46,946 bases of DNA from Candidatus Bathyarchaeia archaeon (GCA_049512935.1 JBEKWR010000014.1:1-46946), one strand, 5' to 3'; shown: positions 27,718-37,925, numbered from the stretch's first letter. Numbers and translations are program-made. Notes: generated from the sequence alone by a model not told the origin.

Positions 27718-29371
27718 CTATGTTGTTTGCTTAGCATTCTTGTACCTGAATGAATAAACAATCAAGAAGCCGAAGACCGCGAGTGCAGTGATTGTGCCTG
27801 CCAAGATAATAGTTTGAGTTGTTCCGTTTAAAATGGCGGTAGGCGCGTTGCCCGCCTGGGTTACAGGCTTGATGGTTACTTGGTGGGTGCTGTGGTGGTA
27901 AGTGAACGTTACAATCCAGTAGGAACCGTTTGAATCTTCGCTCGAGCTTATTGGGTTTCCGTCCATGTAGACTTGTAGGTTGCCATTAGGCATCAATGTT
28001 TTAGCGATCGTTACCTTAGCGAACCCCGTTGTCCCAGTTGGTCCGCTGACTGTGAAGCTTAACTCTGAGTCGGTGGAGTTAAAGAAGAGGTTAGACACGG
28101 TGCTGTTTGATTCTATCGAGAAATAAGTGGTTGACGTGATTTGTGTGGGTTGGGTGGAGTTGCTTCCGCCGGAGGTCTGTGTTGGCTGTGTTGTGGTGAC
28201 TGGGTAAATGATGGCGGCGTCTGGGTTAGGGTACGCTTGAGGATTCGGCTCTGTTAGGCAGGGGTCAATGGTTACCGTGCCTATTGTAGGGTCAGATGCG
28301 TGGTCGTATATTGTTTGGGAGATTGCTTGCAAGTTTGTGGTTCCCCACCAGTTGTAGGTTGCGTTGAGGTCCATGTTGGATTGGTAGTAAATGTTGTATT
28401 TGCTGCTGTTGAGGATGTTGTTGCCCGTGACTGTAGGAAGTGTTGGCGTGGGAAATGAGGGGCCCGAATAAAAGTTGAAAATAAACATGCCTATGTTGTT
28501 GTTGATTAACGTGTTATTTTCAACGACCGCTGTGGAGGAAATAGCCATGCCGTCTCTTGTGCAGTTTTCCACCAAGTTGTTTTCGATAAGGGCGGTTGTT
28601 GTGTCGCCTTCACCCGCACCGATGCCGTTAAGTCCACAGGTTACGATGTTGCCAGTTACGACTGCGTTAACTGGATGATACGCTTCGGCGGGTCCAACAT
28701 CGATTGCGTCGCATAGAGACTGAGGATATGTTGTCCCGTTGAATACTTCGGCGCCTTCGATGCCAGCCACAACGTTTCCGGTTATTACAGGTGACCCCTC
28801 AGGAATGTATATGCTGCCTACGACGGAGTTGTTTGATATTAGGGGTGACTGTATGCTTTCGTTGCCGCCGATTTGTCCCGTAACGTTGTTGCCGCTGATG
28901 ACTGGGGAGCCGCCGCCTAAGTAGATGCCATCGTTTATGGTGTTGTTGTTGATTTCGGCGGAGTTGCAGACCGTGAACCAGTAGAGACTCAAGACGGCGT
29001 TTTCAATTATGCTGCCTGAACTTGTTTGGGGGTTCCATCCGGGGCTGTTGGCGGTTAATATGAGGCTTCCACGACCAAGCATTTGGATGTTTTCCGTGTC
29101 GGTGCCCTTGGCTACTAGGGTGCCATCAATCTGCAGGGTAGCGCCTTGCGCTATGTTTACAGTAACGCCTGGCTGAATGGTCAGTGTTGCGTCTTGGGCA
29201 ACCGTTACTGTGCTCGTAAGGGTATATGGGCTGTTGGCCGCCGTCCAGGTTGCATTTGAACTGATGACGTTGCCCGCGCTTTCCCCGTGTACGGGCAGGT
29301 AGGCGAACAAAAATCCGCAAAGCAGCAACGCGATTGCACATGCGGTTGTTAGTTTTTGCGTATTTCTTCAT
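27718..29371 (-). CDS. Right-handed beta-helix cell-surface protein; frameshift within signal peptide
   Basis: Main ORF 27718-29328: WTAANSPY, repeated IxxNxI/V rungs, NATYNWWG, T-rich linker, C-terminal TM. The ATG at 29371 is one base out of frame. Confidence 0.85.
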
Positions 29372-29464
29372 CCCTTGAACGGATAGGGCTTGGTGGCTCT
29401 AATACGCCTTTCTAATTCCATGGCAAAAAGATGGGGGCTCCCAAAAAACGAGAGCCTGGGAAGG

Positions 29465-30142
29465 TTAAGTTCTCAGTAGAACGCTTTCTGTATATTGCGC
29501 GATTATTTTTCCGAATTCCTGAATTGTCTCGGGTGCATATGGCTTGATGGCTTGGTATTTCTTGTCAAGCGTGTCATCGGGGACGAATTGCTGTAGCGCA
29601 TGCATCTTTGAGCCTTTAACTAGTTCGCCGATGCATGTGGCGTCTTGGGCTGTAACCAGCTGCGGCACCACGGTTGTCCGGAACTCGTAGGGTACCTTGC
29701 CCGTCTTGAGGATTTCCAGCGTTCGCATTAGGTCAGAGGTATCCTTTGCGCCTAGCAGAGCGTATTTTTCCCTGCAGGTCTTCACGTCCACAGCTACGTA
29801 GTCCACGCTTCCGAGGCATTCCTCAAGCACGTCGGGAAAGAAACCGTTCGTGTCCAACTTGACCGTGAAACCGCGTTCCTTGAGTTTAGCGAGGAATTTC
29901 GGCAGCTCCTTATGCATGCACGGTTCACCGCCTGTCACTACAACCGCGTCAACGTATTTTTTGCGGTTCTCCAAGATTTCTAAGGCGGCGGCTTCCTGCA
30001 GAAACGGCGGCTGCGGATCAACGGCGATGCGCCAGTTATGGCAGAAGGGGCAGCGGAGGTTGCAGCCTGGCGTGAACAGCACGCTGGCTACTTTATCGGG
30101 GTAATCGACCAAACTTGTTTTCTGTAATCCGCTGAACTTCAT
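29465..30142 (-). CDS. nrdG: Anaerobic ribonucleotide reductase activating radical SAM enzyme
   Basis: GCNLRCPFCHN, TGGEP, KLDTNG, EFRTTV; directly downstream of nrdD. Confidence 0.92.
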   Translation of the reverse strand: MKFSGLQKTSLVDYPDKVASVLFTPGCNLRCPFCHNWRIAVDPQPPFLQEAAALEILENRKKYVDAVVVTGGEPCMHKELPKFLAKLKERGFTVKLDTNGFFPDVLEECLGSVDYVAVDVKTCREKYALLGAKDTSDLMRTLEILKTGKVPYEFRTTVVPQLVTAQDATCIGELVKGSKMHALQQFVPDDTLDKKYQAIKPYAPETIQEFGKIIAQYTESVLLRT

Positions 30143-30158
30143 TTTGGGTTATTCCTCT

Positions 30159-32285
30159 TTAACTTGTTAAGGGCGCTGAAGCCATGACGGTTGATCGATC
30201 GAAGGTTTTGCGTATGGCGAACTCCGCCTGTTTTCCATCGTTCCACTGGTCAACTGGTCGCAGGTAACCGACTACTCGTGAGTAGACTTCGCAGTTTGCT
30301 CCGCAGGTTGGGCAAACTCTGTGTTCGCCATTTGTGTAGCCGTGGGTTGGGCAAACGCTGAAAGTCGGCGTTAGGGTGAAGTACGGCAGCTTTGAGTTCC
30401 AAGCAACTTTCTTGATGAGTTCGGCAGCAGCTTTCCAAGAGTTAAGCCTCTCGCCGAGGAAAATGTGGAAAACTGTGCCTCCAGTGTAAAGCGTCTGGAG
30501 GGTTTCTTGGTGTTCTAAGGCTTCGAAGAGGTCGCCTGCAAAGTCCACGGGCAACTGGGAAGAGTTCGTGTAGAACGGTTCCGCGTGGTCCATGGTTACT
30601 TGCTTCTGGTTGGCGAATATGATGTCTTTGTACCTGCGTTTGTCTATGCGGGCAAGCCTGTAAGACGTGCCTTCAGCAGGGGTTGCTTCAAGGTTGTAGA
30701 TGCTGCCTGTTTCCTCTTGATAATCTGCTAAACGGGTGCGCATGAAATCTAACATTTTAACGGCGAAGGCTTGTCCGTCACGCGACGCAATGTTTTGACC
30801 AAGCAGGTTTATGATTGCTTCGTTGACCCCGACGATGCCTATTGTGGAGAAGTGGTTCTTCCAGAACTTGCCATACCCCTCTTTCACGTGCTTTAGGTAA
30901 CGGCGTGAATACGGGTACAAGCCGTTGTCCGTGAATGCCTCAAGCACTTTGCGCTTTATTTCCAAACTTGCTTTTGCAGTTTCCATTAGGGTTTCTAGTC
31001 GCTCAAAGAATTCGTCCTCATCCTTGGATAAGTAGCCGATTCTGGGAATGTTAAGCGTCACGACGCCTATGCTGCCTGTCAGGGGGTTGGCGCCGAAGAA
31101 TCCTCCGCCCCGCTTGCGTAGTTCGCGGTTGTCTATGCGTAGGCGGCAGCACATGCTGCGGACGTCTTCGGGTTTCATGTCGCTGTTGACGAAGTTGGAG
31201 AAGTATGGGACGCCGTACTTGGCGGTTACTTCGAAGATGGCTTGGGCTACTGGCGAATCCCACTTGAAGTCTTTTGTGATGTTGTAGGTGGGGATTGGGA
31301 AGGTGAAGACTCTGCCTTTCGAGTCGCCTTGCCGCATGACTTCAGCGAAGGCTAAGTTGAACATCTCCATTTCCTTAGTCATGTCGCCGTACGTGTCTTG
31401 AGTGACCTTGCCGTTGAACAGCACAGCCTCGTTCTTCATGAAGTCTGGCACGTCCAAATCCAAAGTTAAGTTTGTGAACGGCGTCTGGAAACCCACACGG
31501 GTCGGCACGTTCATGTTGAAGAAGAACTCTTGAAGCCCCTGCTCCACCTCCTTCTGGCTAAGGTCGTCGTATCGTATGAACGGGGCAAGGTAAGTGTCAA
31601 AGTTGCTGAATGCCTGCGCTCCCGCCGCTTCACCCTGCAACGTGTAGAAGAAGTTCACGACTTGACCCAGCGCGGTGCGGAAGTGTTTTGCGGGTTTGCT
31701 TTCAATTTTGCCTGGAACGCCTCCGAAACCTGCAAGCAGCAGTTCGCTTACGTCCCAGCCGACGCAGTAAGCGCCAAGGACGCCTAAGTCGTGGATGTGC
31801 ATGTCGCCTGAAAAGTGCGCGTCCGCGATGTTTTGCGGGTAAATTCTTGAGATCCAGTACTTGGCAATGACGGTGGATGACAGGTAATTGTTCAGCCCCT
31901 GAAGCGAATAGCTCATGTTGCTGTTCTCTTTAACACGCCAATCCTCAACCTCAAGGTACTGATCCACCATGTCTGAAGAGCTCAAGAGAGCGGCTAACTC
32001 ACGCATGTCGCTGTGCTGTTTGCGGTACAGAATGTAGGCTTTCGCCGTCTGCGCATGCCCGTTTTCGATCAAACGTTTTTCAACGACATCCTGTATTTCC
32101 TCAACCGTGGGTACGCCATCGTCCCCGTAGGTCTTCTGGAGCTCCGCTACTACCTCGTCGCTGACGCGTTTCGCTTGCTCTTTGTCCTTTCCGCCGCACG
32201 CTTTAGCTGCTTTCCAGATGGCGGTGGTTATGCGCTCTTGATCGAATGGTTCTAATTTACTATCACGTTTTAACACGAATTTCAT
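30159..32285 (-). CDS. nrdD: Class III ribonucleoside-triphosphate reductase with N-terminal ATP cone
   Basis: VLKRD ATP cone, HIHDL, SMCCRL, EATPAEG, two C-terminal CxxH/CxxC sites, glycyl loop SRVVGYLRP. Confidence 0.96.
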   Translation of the reverse strand: MKFVLKRDSKLEPFDQERITTAIWKAAKACGGKDKEQAKRVSDEVVAELQKTYGDDGVPTVEEIQDVVEKRLIENGHAQTAKAYILYRKQHSDMRELAALLSSSDMVDQYLEVEDWRVKENSNMSYSLQGLNNYLSSTVIAKYWISRIYPQNIADAHFSGDMHIHDLGVLGAYCVGWDVSELLLAGFGGVPGKIESKPAKHFRTALGQVVNFFYTLQGEAAGAQAFSNFDTYLAPFIRYDDLSQKEVEQGLQEFFFNMNVPTRVGFQTPFTNLTLDLDVPDFMKNEAVLFNGKVTQDTYGDMTKEMEMFNLAFAEVMRQGDSKGRVFTFPIPTYNITKDFKWDSPVAQAIFEVTAKYGVPYFSNFVNSDMKPEDVRSMCCRLRIDNRELRKRGGGFFGANPLTGSIGVVTLNIPRIGYLSKDEDEFFERLETLMETAKASLEIKRKVLEAFTDNGLYPYSRRYLKHVKEGYGKFWKNHFSTIGIVGVNEAIINLLGQNIASRDGQAFAVKMLDFMRTRLADYQEETGSIYNLEATPAEGTSYRLARIDKRRYKDIIFANQKQVTMDHAEPFYTNSSQLPVDFAGDLFEALEHQETLQTLYTGGTVFHIFLGERLNSWKAAAELIKKVAWNSKLPYFTLTPTFSVCPTHGYTNGEHRVCPTCGANCEVYSRVVGYLRPVDQWNDGKQAEFAIRKTFDRSTVMASAPLTS

Positions 32286-32728
32286 TATTTTTTCACCTCA
32301 AGGAGTAATCGCCTGAAATCTTCAGGCTCCTCAAACTGCTTGTAAACTGACGCAAACCGAATGTACGCAATTCGGTCGACCTTTTTCAGGTGCTTCATGA
32401 CTAAATCACCGATTTCCTGCGATGCCACTTCTTCCGTATTCTTAAGCATAAGATCCTGCCTTACCTGCTCGGCTAACTCGTTGATTTGGCTCATGACAGG
32501 TCTTTTCTCACACGCCTTCTGCAAGCCACGGATTACCTTGTTGACGTCGAATCGTTCAAGCCTCCCGTCTTTTTTTCTGACCATAAGCTCGACGGTTTCA
32601 ACGTACTCGTAGGTTGTGAAGCGTTTTCCACAGCTGACGCATTCCCTACGCCTGCGTGTGGTGTTCTCTGGGGAATCGCGCGTTTCCAAGGTTTTGGAGT
32701 TTTCAGAGTTGCAGTATGGGCATCTCAT
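32285..32728 (-). CDS. nrdR: Transcriptional repressor NrdR
   Basis: MRCPYC, RRRRECVSCGKRFTTYE, ATP cone VRKKDG, AYIRFASVYKQF. Confidence 0.96.
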   Translation of the reverse strand: MRCPYCNSENSKTLETRDSPENTTRRRRECVSCGKRFTTYEYVETVELMVRKKDGRLERFDVNKVIRGLQKACEKRPVMSQINELAEQVRQDLMLKNTEEVASQEIGDLVMKHLKKVDRIAYIRFASVYKQFEEPEDFRRLLLEVKK

Positions 32729-32749
32729 TCGTTACATGTCCCTTGCTTT

Positions 32750-32841
32750 TTCCTGTGTATAGTGCCGATAAGCTTGCGGACACACTATATTTAGCGCGCG
32801 TATATAAGGAATTTCGTCATTAATCTCGCAATATATCGTGA
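32750..32841. promoter_or_regulatory. NrdR boxes around the TATA box of nrdR-nrdD-nrdG
   Basis: ACACTATATTTAGCGC (32782-32797), TCGCAATATATCGTGA (32826-32841) and weaker TTCCTGTGTATAGTGC (32750-32765) versus consensus acaCwAtATaTwGtgt; minus-strand CTTATATA at 32801-32808. Confidence 0.78.
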
Positions 32842-33045
32842 AATCCGAAAGCCTATATCATGAAAAGTAAACAAAAAATTTCATATTAAAAAATCCGAAA
32901 ACGTCCCTGTTTTGGAAAAAAAGCCGTTTTTGCCTAAATAATAGTTGGGTTAAAGCTTGCGCCTAAAAGTGCAATCAAAACATGAATATACGTCCATAGC
33001 CACTTTTTATCTTAGCCGGCGCGAAAGAAATTCAAGGTTGATTAT

Positions 33046-33423
33046 ATGAAGGCAAGAATTGTGAAGGCTAAAAGCTTAACAGAGGCTCCGACGTTGGAGC
33101 GGTGCTCCATAGCTGAAAACTTCAGCACCGAAGAACTCTCCGTTGCGCAGGCGCGGGTGAAGCCTGGTGTCACAACCTTGTCGCATCGTCTCGAGGGCGT
33201 TAACGAAATATACCTGATTATCAGCGGGAAAGGCCAGGTGGATGTTGGCGACTTGAAGCCGACCAAAGTAACCAAGGGAGACCTGATTGTTATTCCCGCA
33301 GGCGCTAGTCAGAGGATAAGTAACATTGGGAAAACCGACTTGGTGTTCTACTGCATCTGTACGCCCAAGTTCACTGCTGAATGCTACCGCGGCGAGGAAG
33401 AATCAGCAGGCAAGCAGCAGTGA
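33046..33423 (+). CDS. Cupin domain protein
   Basis: VKPGVTTLSHRLEGVNEIYLIISGKG and GDLIVIPAG cupin motifs. Confidence 0.9.
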   Translation: MKARIVKAKSLTEAPTLERCSIAENFSTEELSVAQARVKPGVTTLSHRLEGVNEIYLIISGKGQVDVGDLKPTKVTKGDLIVIPAGASQRISNIGKTDLVFYCICTPKFTAECYRGEEESAGKQQ

Positions 33424-33616
33424 AGCCCAAGCCGACATATGTCGAATGTTAGAATAGCGCTTTATAAGCTGAAGTGACAATTGGTTGTTTGAGGAGAGGG
33501 GTCGAGGAGAAAGGAGGAGAGGCTTCCAATGCCTCTCAAGGAAGGCAACCAAACCTGTTGCAGAAGAAATTCTTCTGAGAAACCATGGTTGCACTATTTT
33601 TGTGAAGCCGTTTTCC

Positions 33617-34579
33617 TTAGCTTGTTTTTAAGTCGTCCATGAACTCGCTTAGGTCAACCGTCGCTGCGCCGTTTTCGTCTTTGAGCTGCTGCTTGGCAGG
33701 CGGGTTCTGCATGTAGAAAGGTATCCGCTTGGTTATGCGGTCTTGGAAGGTTGATTCCAGCGGGTTCTGGTAGAAGACGCCTACTGGAATTCTGTCGCCC
33801 CACTCGTGTGCTTTTTCCATGCCTGCGACCTTCTTCTTGAAGTCCTCGTTCCAGTTGTGCACGACGGGGTCGAAGCCTTCACTCTCCAGCTTGTAGAGTC
33901 TCGGCTGCGGCTTGCCTGCTGCGTCTTTTCGGTCTTCGCCAGCGTACCACTCTTTAGTGTTAATGTCGTTGTACGTGGGGCAAGGCTGCAGGCACTCGAC
34001 TATTGCCATTCCCTTGTGCTGTATCCCCTGCTGAATCATCTTGCTCAAGTGGACCACGTCGAAGGCGTACCCTCTGGCGACGAACGTGTAGCCTGAGGCG
34101 ATTGCCAACGTAACCACGTTGATTGCCTCGTTAATGTTGGGGTTTGGAAGCGCCTTGGTTTTGACGCCGAGCGGAAGCGTCGGTGAAGCCTGCCCCTTAG
34201 TCAACCCGTAAACGCCGTTGTTGAAGAGGAGGTAGGTCATGTCGATATTTCTTCTTCCAGCGTTAACAAAATGCCCCGCGCCTATGCCTAAACCGTCGCC
34301 GTCTCCTCCCACGCCGATTACCTCCAAGTTGGGGTTCGCCACTTTGATGCCCATGGCAAACGGCAGCAATCTTCCGTGAAGCGTGTGGACACCGTTGACT
34401 TTTATGAAGTGAGGCGTTTTAGCCGCGTTGCCGACGCCTGAAACTATCACGACTTTGTGAGGCTCCAAGTTAAGCTCAGCCAGCGCCATTTGAATAGCGC
34501 TTGAAATGCCAAAGTCGCCGCAGCCTGGACACCAGTCCATGTAAACGCTTGTTTTGTAGTCTGCTGGTTTATGCGCCAA
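33617..34579 (-). CDS. 2-oxoacid:ferredoxin oxidoreductase beta subunit
   Basis: DWCPGCGDFG, HTLHGR, TPP motif GGDGD...NN, YGLTKGQASPT, QPCPTY. Confidence 0.95.
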   Translation of the reverse strand: MAHKPADYKTSVYMDWCPGCGDFGISSAIQMALAELNLEPHKVVIVSGVGNAAKTPHFIKVNGVHTLHGRLLPFAMGIKVANPNLEVIGVGGDGDGLGIGAGHFVNAGRRNIDMTYLLFNNGVYGLTKGQASPTLPLGVKTKALPNPNINEAINVVTLAIASGYTFVARGYAFDVVHLSKMIQQGIQHKGMAIVECLQPCPTYNDINTKEWYAGEDRKDAAGKPQPRLYKLESEGFDPVVHNWNEDFKKKVAGMEKAHEWGDRIPVGVFYQNPLESTFQDRITKRIPFYMQNPPAKQQLKDENGAATVDLSEFMDDLKTS

Positions 34580-36497
34580 GCATCAGCACCTCCCGTTCCT
34601 GGGCTTTGTCTGTCAGTATCGCTTTGAGGGCTTGGTAAACCTCGGTTGTCATCATTGGTCTGCCCGTGTACTTGAGCACGTAGTAGTTGGGTTTTATCGT
34701 TGTGCGCTCGGTTATTACGCCGCCGAGCTGAGCGGTGTAGTTGTCTTCCACGTCGATTACGCGTTTCTTGCCTTGAAGCATCTGTTTCATGTAGGCAGAG
34801 GGAAGCGGATGGATCATTCGCACCTGAATGAATCCTAAGCTGAACCCTTCCTCTTTCAGCTGGTTGAGCGATTCGATTATGGCTCCTTTAGGTGAACCCC
34901 AGCTGACCACGATGTTCTCCGAGTCTTTGTCGCCGTAAAAGTTGACTTTCAAATCCAGTGGCACTTCCTTGTCGATTAAATCCAGCTTCTTCATTCTTTT
35001 CTCCATCATTTGCCTTCGAACCCAGGGCTCCTCGTTTATGTTTCCCGCTTCGTTGTGCTCGTCGCCGCTGCACCATTGGATGGCGCCTTTTGTTCCAAGA
35101 AATGCTCTGGGGGAAACTCCTGTTTCAGTGAATCTGAAGCGTTTGTACTCTTTGCCTTCGAGTTCTTTCTCTCCGACGATTAAGCCGCGGTCAACCTTGA
35201 CGTTGCCGTATTCGAACACTGGGTACGTTTGTGAGCAGTTAGCCATGGCTTTGTCAAGCAGGTGGATGACGGGCACCTGGTATTTCTCAGCCAAGTTGAA
35301 AACTTCAGCGGCGTCGTAGAAGCATTCTTTGATGTCGCCTGAAGCAAGGATGATTCTTGCGAATTCTCCGTGAGCAGCGTGCATGGCAAACCGCAGGTCT
35401 TGTTGGCTGTGCCTGGTGGGCTGCCCAGTTGAAGGACCGCCGCGCTGATAGTACGTTACGACCACGGGCACTTCGTTGTTTCCCGCCCAGCCTATGCCTT
35501 CCGCCATAAGCGAAAAGCCTGGGCCAGACGTGCTGGTTGCTGCCCTTGCGCCCGTTAAGCATGCGCCTGAAGCCGAATTTACCGCTGCGATCTCATCTTC
35601 GGTTTGGATAACGATTATTGCTTCTTGCCCTTCTTTGGCTTTAAGGATTTCATGAGCTTCCAGATACTCGCTTTCGTCAGCCGCTGGGGTGATGGGGTAG
35701 TACGTTTGTACTCTGCAGCCGCCCAGCACTTTGCCCATGGCTACGGCTTGGTTTCCCGTCAGGAAAATTCTCGGTTCTTTTGTGCCTATGTTCTCCAGTT
35801 TATGCTTGAAGCCGTTCACGTCAAAGTTTTTTTCAGCGTAATCGTAAGCGTAGTCCACAGCTGTGACGTTCATGTCGACGATTTTTTCGTGGAAGGTGGC
35901 TCTGATTGCGTCTTCTACGAGTTTCTTGTCGTACTTGAACAGGGCAAATGATACTCCTATCGTGAGAACATTTATCATTCTTGTAAGAGTGCTGACTTTA
36001 TCCATCTTGATGGCTTTGCCGATCTCCGTAAGCAAGTCCATGTAAGGAACAGGGTAGACCTGGATGTTTTTCTTTTTGGCGTAGCTTAAGAAGTCGTTTA
36101 TGGTTTCGCCAATTATGCCGTTTTCTTTCATGAAAGCGCGAACTTGACTCCTGTATTCCTCTGAAAAAGTCGGTATTCCCGTTAACACGTTGACGCCTAA
36201 GTCGCGTGAATCAACAATTATGCCGCCTTCACTCACGACCTCGCCGATATGCCTCACAATGGTTTCAGCGTCAAAAGCCGCAAGCAAATCCACGTCGCTT
36301 ATGTTCGCCAACGTCGGCTCCTTGGAAACGCGCTGATGGAAGTAGCTGTGCATGGTTTTGATGTTTGAATGGTATTCTCTTCTGCCGAAAACCCATAGGC
36401 CACCGTAGCCGCATGCTCTGCCAAATATGTTGGAGGCTGTGTCGACGCCGCTGCCTTGTGGACCACCTGCCATCCAGTTTACACTTTCAGTTACCAA
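34569..36497 (-). CDS. 2-oxoacid:ferredoxin oxidoreductase alpha subunit (gamma-alpha fusion type)
   Basis: GGPQGSGV, YYPITPA, QTEDEIAA, TSTSGPGFSLMAE, QRGGPSTGQPT. Confidence 0.95.
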   Translation of the reverse strand: MVTESVNWMAGGPQGSGVDTASNIFGRACGYGGLWVFGRREYHSNIKTMHSYFHQRVSKEPTLANISDVDLLAAFDAETIVRHIGEVVSEGGIIVDSRDLGVNVLTGIPTFSEEYRSQVRAFMKENGIIGETINDFLSYAKKKNIQVYPVPYMDLLTEIGKAIKMDKVSTLTRMINVLTIGVSFALFKYDKKLVEDAIRATFHEKIVDMNVTAVDYAYDYAEKNFDVNGFKHKLENIGTKEPRIFLTGNQAVAMGKVLGGCRVQTYYPITPAADESEYLEAHEILKAKEGQEAIIVIQTEDEIAAVNSASGACLTGARAATSTSGPGFSLMAEGIGWAGNNEVPVVVTYYQRGGPSTGQPTRHSQQDLRFAMHAAHGEFARIILASGDIKECFYDAAEVFNLAEKYQVPVIHLLDKAMANCSQTYPVFEYGNVKVDRGLIVGEKELEGKEYKRFRFTETGVSPRAFLGTKGAIQWCSGDEHNEAGNINEEPWVRRQMMEKRMKKLDLIDKEVPLDLKVNFYGDKDSENIVVSWGSPKGAIIESLNQLKEEGFSLGFIQVRMIHPLPSAYMKQMLQGKKRVIDVEDNYTAQLGGVITERTTIKPNYYVLKYTGRPMMTTEVYQALKAILTDKAQEREVLMLGA

Positions 36498-36548
36498 TTT
36501 TTGTTTTCACCTTGCCTCAAATAACTCTGATTTCTTTACTGATTGCGG

Positions 36549-36686
36549 TTACCCGCCGCCTGAAGCCTTGTCAGTGCCTATGCAGCAAGTGCATTTTGCA
36601 GTTTCTCCGCAGTATGGGCACACGCATTTGCAGTCGTCGATAAAATTTCCGCAGTTTACGCAACGAGGCAAATTTTCTTCTGTCAT
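36549..36686 (-). CDS. 45-aa Cys-rich microprotein, absent from the ORF track
   Basis: Manual translation: MTEENLPRCVNCGNFIDDCKCVCPYCGETAKCTCCIGTDKASGGG*; GAGG upstream of ATG; fills the intergenic gap in the same orientation as both neighbours. Confidence 0.8.
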   Translation of the reverse strand: MTEENLPRCVNCGNFIDDCKCVCPYCGETAKCTCCIGTDKASGGG

Positions 36687-36794
36687 TGCTTCGCCTCTGC
36701 CACATCTATTTTGCTCGGGGTTCGGAATTAAGCTTTCGGATAGCCACTGTTCACTCTCAGTTTTGCCTTAAGGATAAAGAGGGAAAAAGGGGTT

Positions 36795-37775
36795 TTATCT
36801 GACGTAGTCGTCGAATGTCCAGTAGTGGTCTTCTTCTTGCAGAACGATGTCTTCGAAGATTCTTCTTGTCGTGGTGTCGCCGCGTTTCATGGCTTCAGCG
36901 ATGATTTGCCTGTACAGAGCGATGGTGTCGGCTTCAAGCTTGTGGTCTAACCGTAGAATTTCAAGTGTGGTTTTGCCGACGACTGGAAGTGGAGATGGCT
37001 TGGTGACTGCTTCGCCGTCGACTAGGTAGATGCGTTCGCTTATTTTTTCAAGATGCTGCATTTCTTGCATGAAGGTGTCTTTGAGGATTTTGCTGACGAC
37101 GCCTTGGTAGTTTGTGCCTTGAACGGTTTCCAGCGGGGTCTTCTTCATTCTGAGCTCTAGAAGCGCGGCTTTTTCATGCTGATTGGTGTACTGGATTATC
37201 CCGCAGATTTCCGCGGCAACCGCTTTGTTCAGCAGCTCGTAATAGTCGGGTGTGAAGATTTTGCGCCACTCTGACAGGGGCACCTTGTCAGGTCCTTCCT
37301 TCTCGTCCTGGAAAGCCGTGTACTCTTGGAATTTGAAGAGGTGTTCTTCTTCCTCGCCGTAGATTTTTTCAAACATCTCCCGCGTTTCCCAGTCGCCCAA
37401 TTGCCCAGCGGCATCAATGATCTTGCGGTACAAGACTAAGGCTTCTTCCTCCGCCTTTACGCCGAGCTTGGCAAACTCGCTAATGGTGCCGCCGATAACT
37501 ACCTTGCCGGCTTTGGTGGTTGCTTCTCCGCCGAGGTAGTAAATTCTCTCCATAATGGAGGCGGCGTGCTTCATCTCTTGGATTGCGATTTCGTGAAGGA
37601 TCTTTCCGACGGCGTCATAAGTCGTTTTGTCTAGTAGGATGTTTTCCGGGATTTGTTTTTTGATGATTTTCTCCATTTTGGCGTGCTGCAGAAAATACTG
37701 CACCGCAACTTGGAATTCGCGTTCAACCCCTTGGTTTAACAGTTCAATATACTCTGGTGTTGTTTTAACAGCCAT
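36795..37775 (-). CDS. Tandem (two-domain) ferritin/bacterioferritin-like di-iron protein
   Basis: Domain 1: E..QY, EMKH, ERIYYLGG, EEEALVLY, EEEH. Domain 2: E..QY, EMQH, ERIYLVDG, EADTIALY, EEDH. Confidence 0.88.
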   Translation of the reverse strand: MAVKTTPEYIELLNQGVEREFQVAVQYFLQHAKMEKIIKKQIPENILLDKTTYDAVGKILHEIAIQEMKHAASIMERIYYLGGEATTKAGKVVIGGTISEFAKLGVKAEEEALVLYRKIIDAAGQLGDWETREMFEKIYGEEEEHLFKFQEYTAFQDEKEGPDKVPLSEWRKIFTPDYYELLNKAVAAEICGIIQYTNQHEKAALLELRMKKTPLETVQGTNYQGVVSKILKDTFMQEMQHLEKISERIYLVDGEAVTKPSPLPVVGKTTLEILRLDHKLEADTIALYRQIIAEAMKRGDTTTRRIFEDIVLQEEDHYWTFDDYVR

Positions 37776-37925
37776 AAGGAATCACAACTTCTACTCGGAA
37801 AAGAGCAACCACACAGATATAAAATTTGTTATCCTGACAAATTCAGGGGGAAGCAGCGGCATTTTAGTTAACGTTAACATACCTAATAAACTACTGAGAA
37901 CATAGTGGCTGGGCAGGGACGAGAG

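Noticed and set aside
30159-32285. Intein in NrdD
   Set aside because: Length is ordinary and no splice-junction or homing endonuclease motifs are visible.
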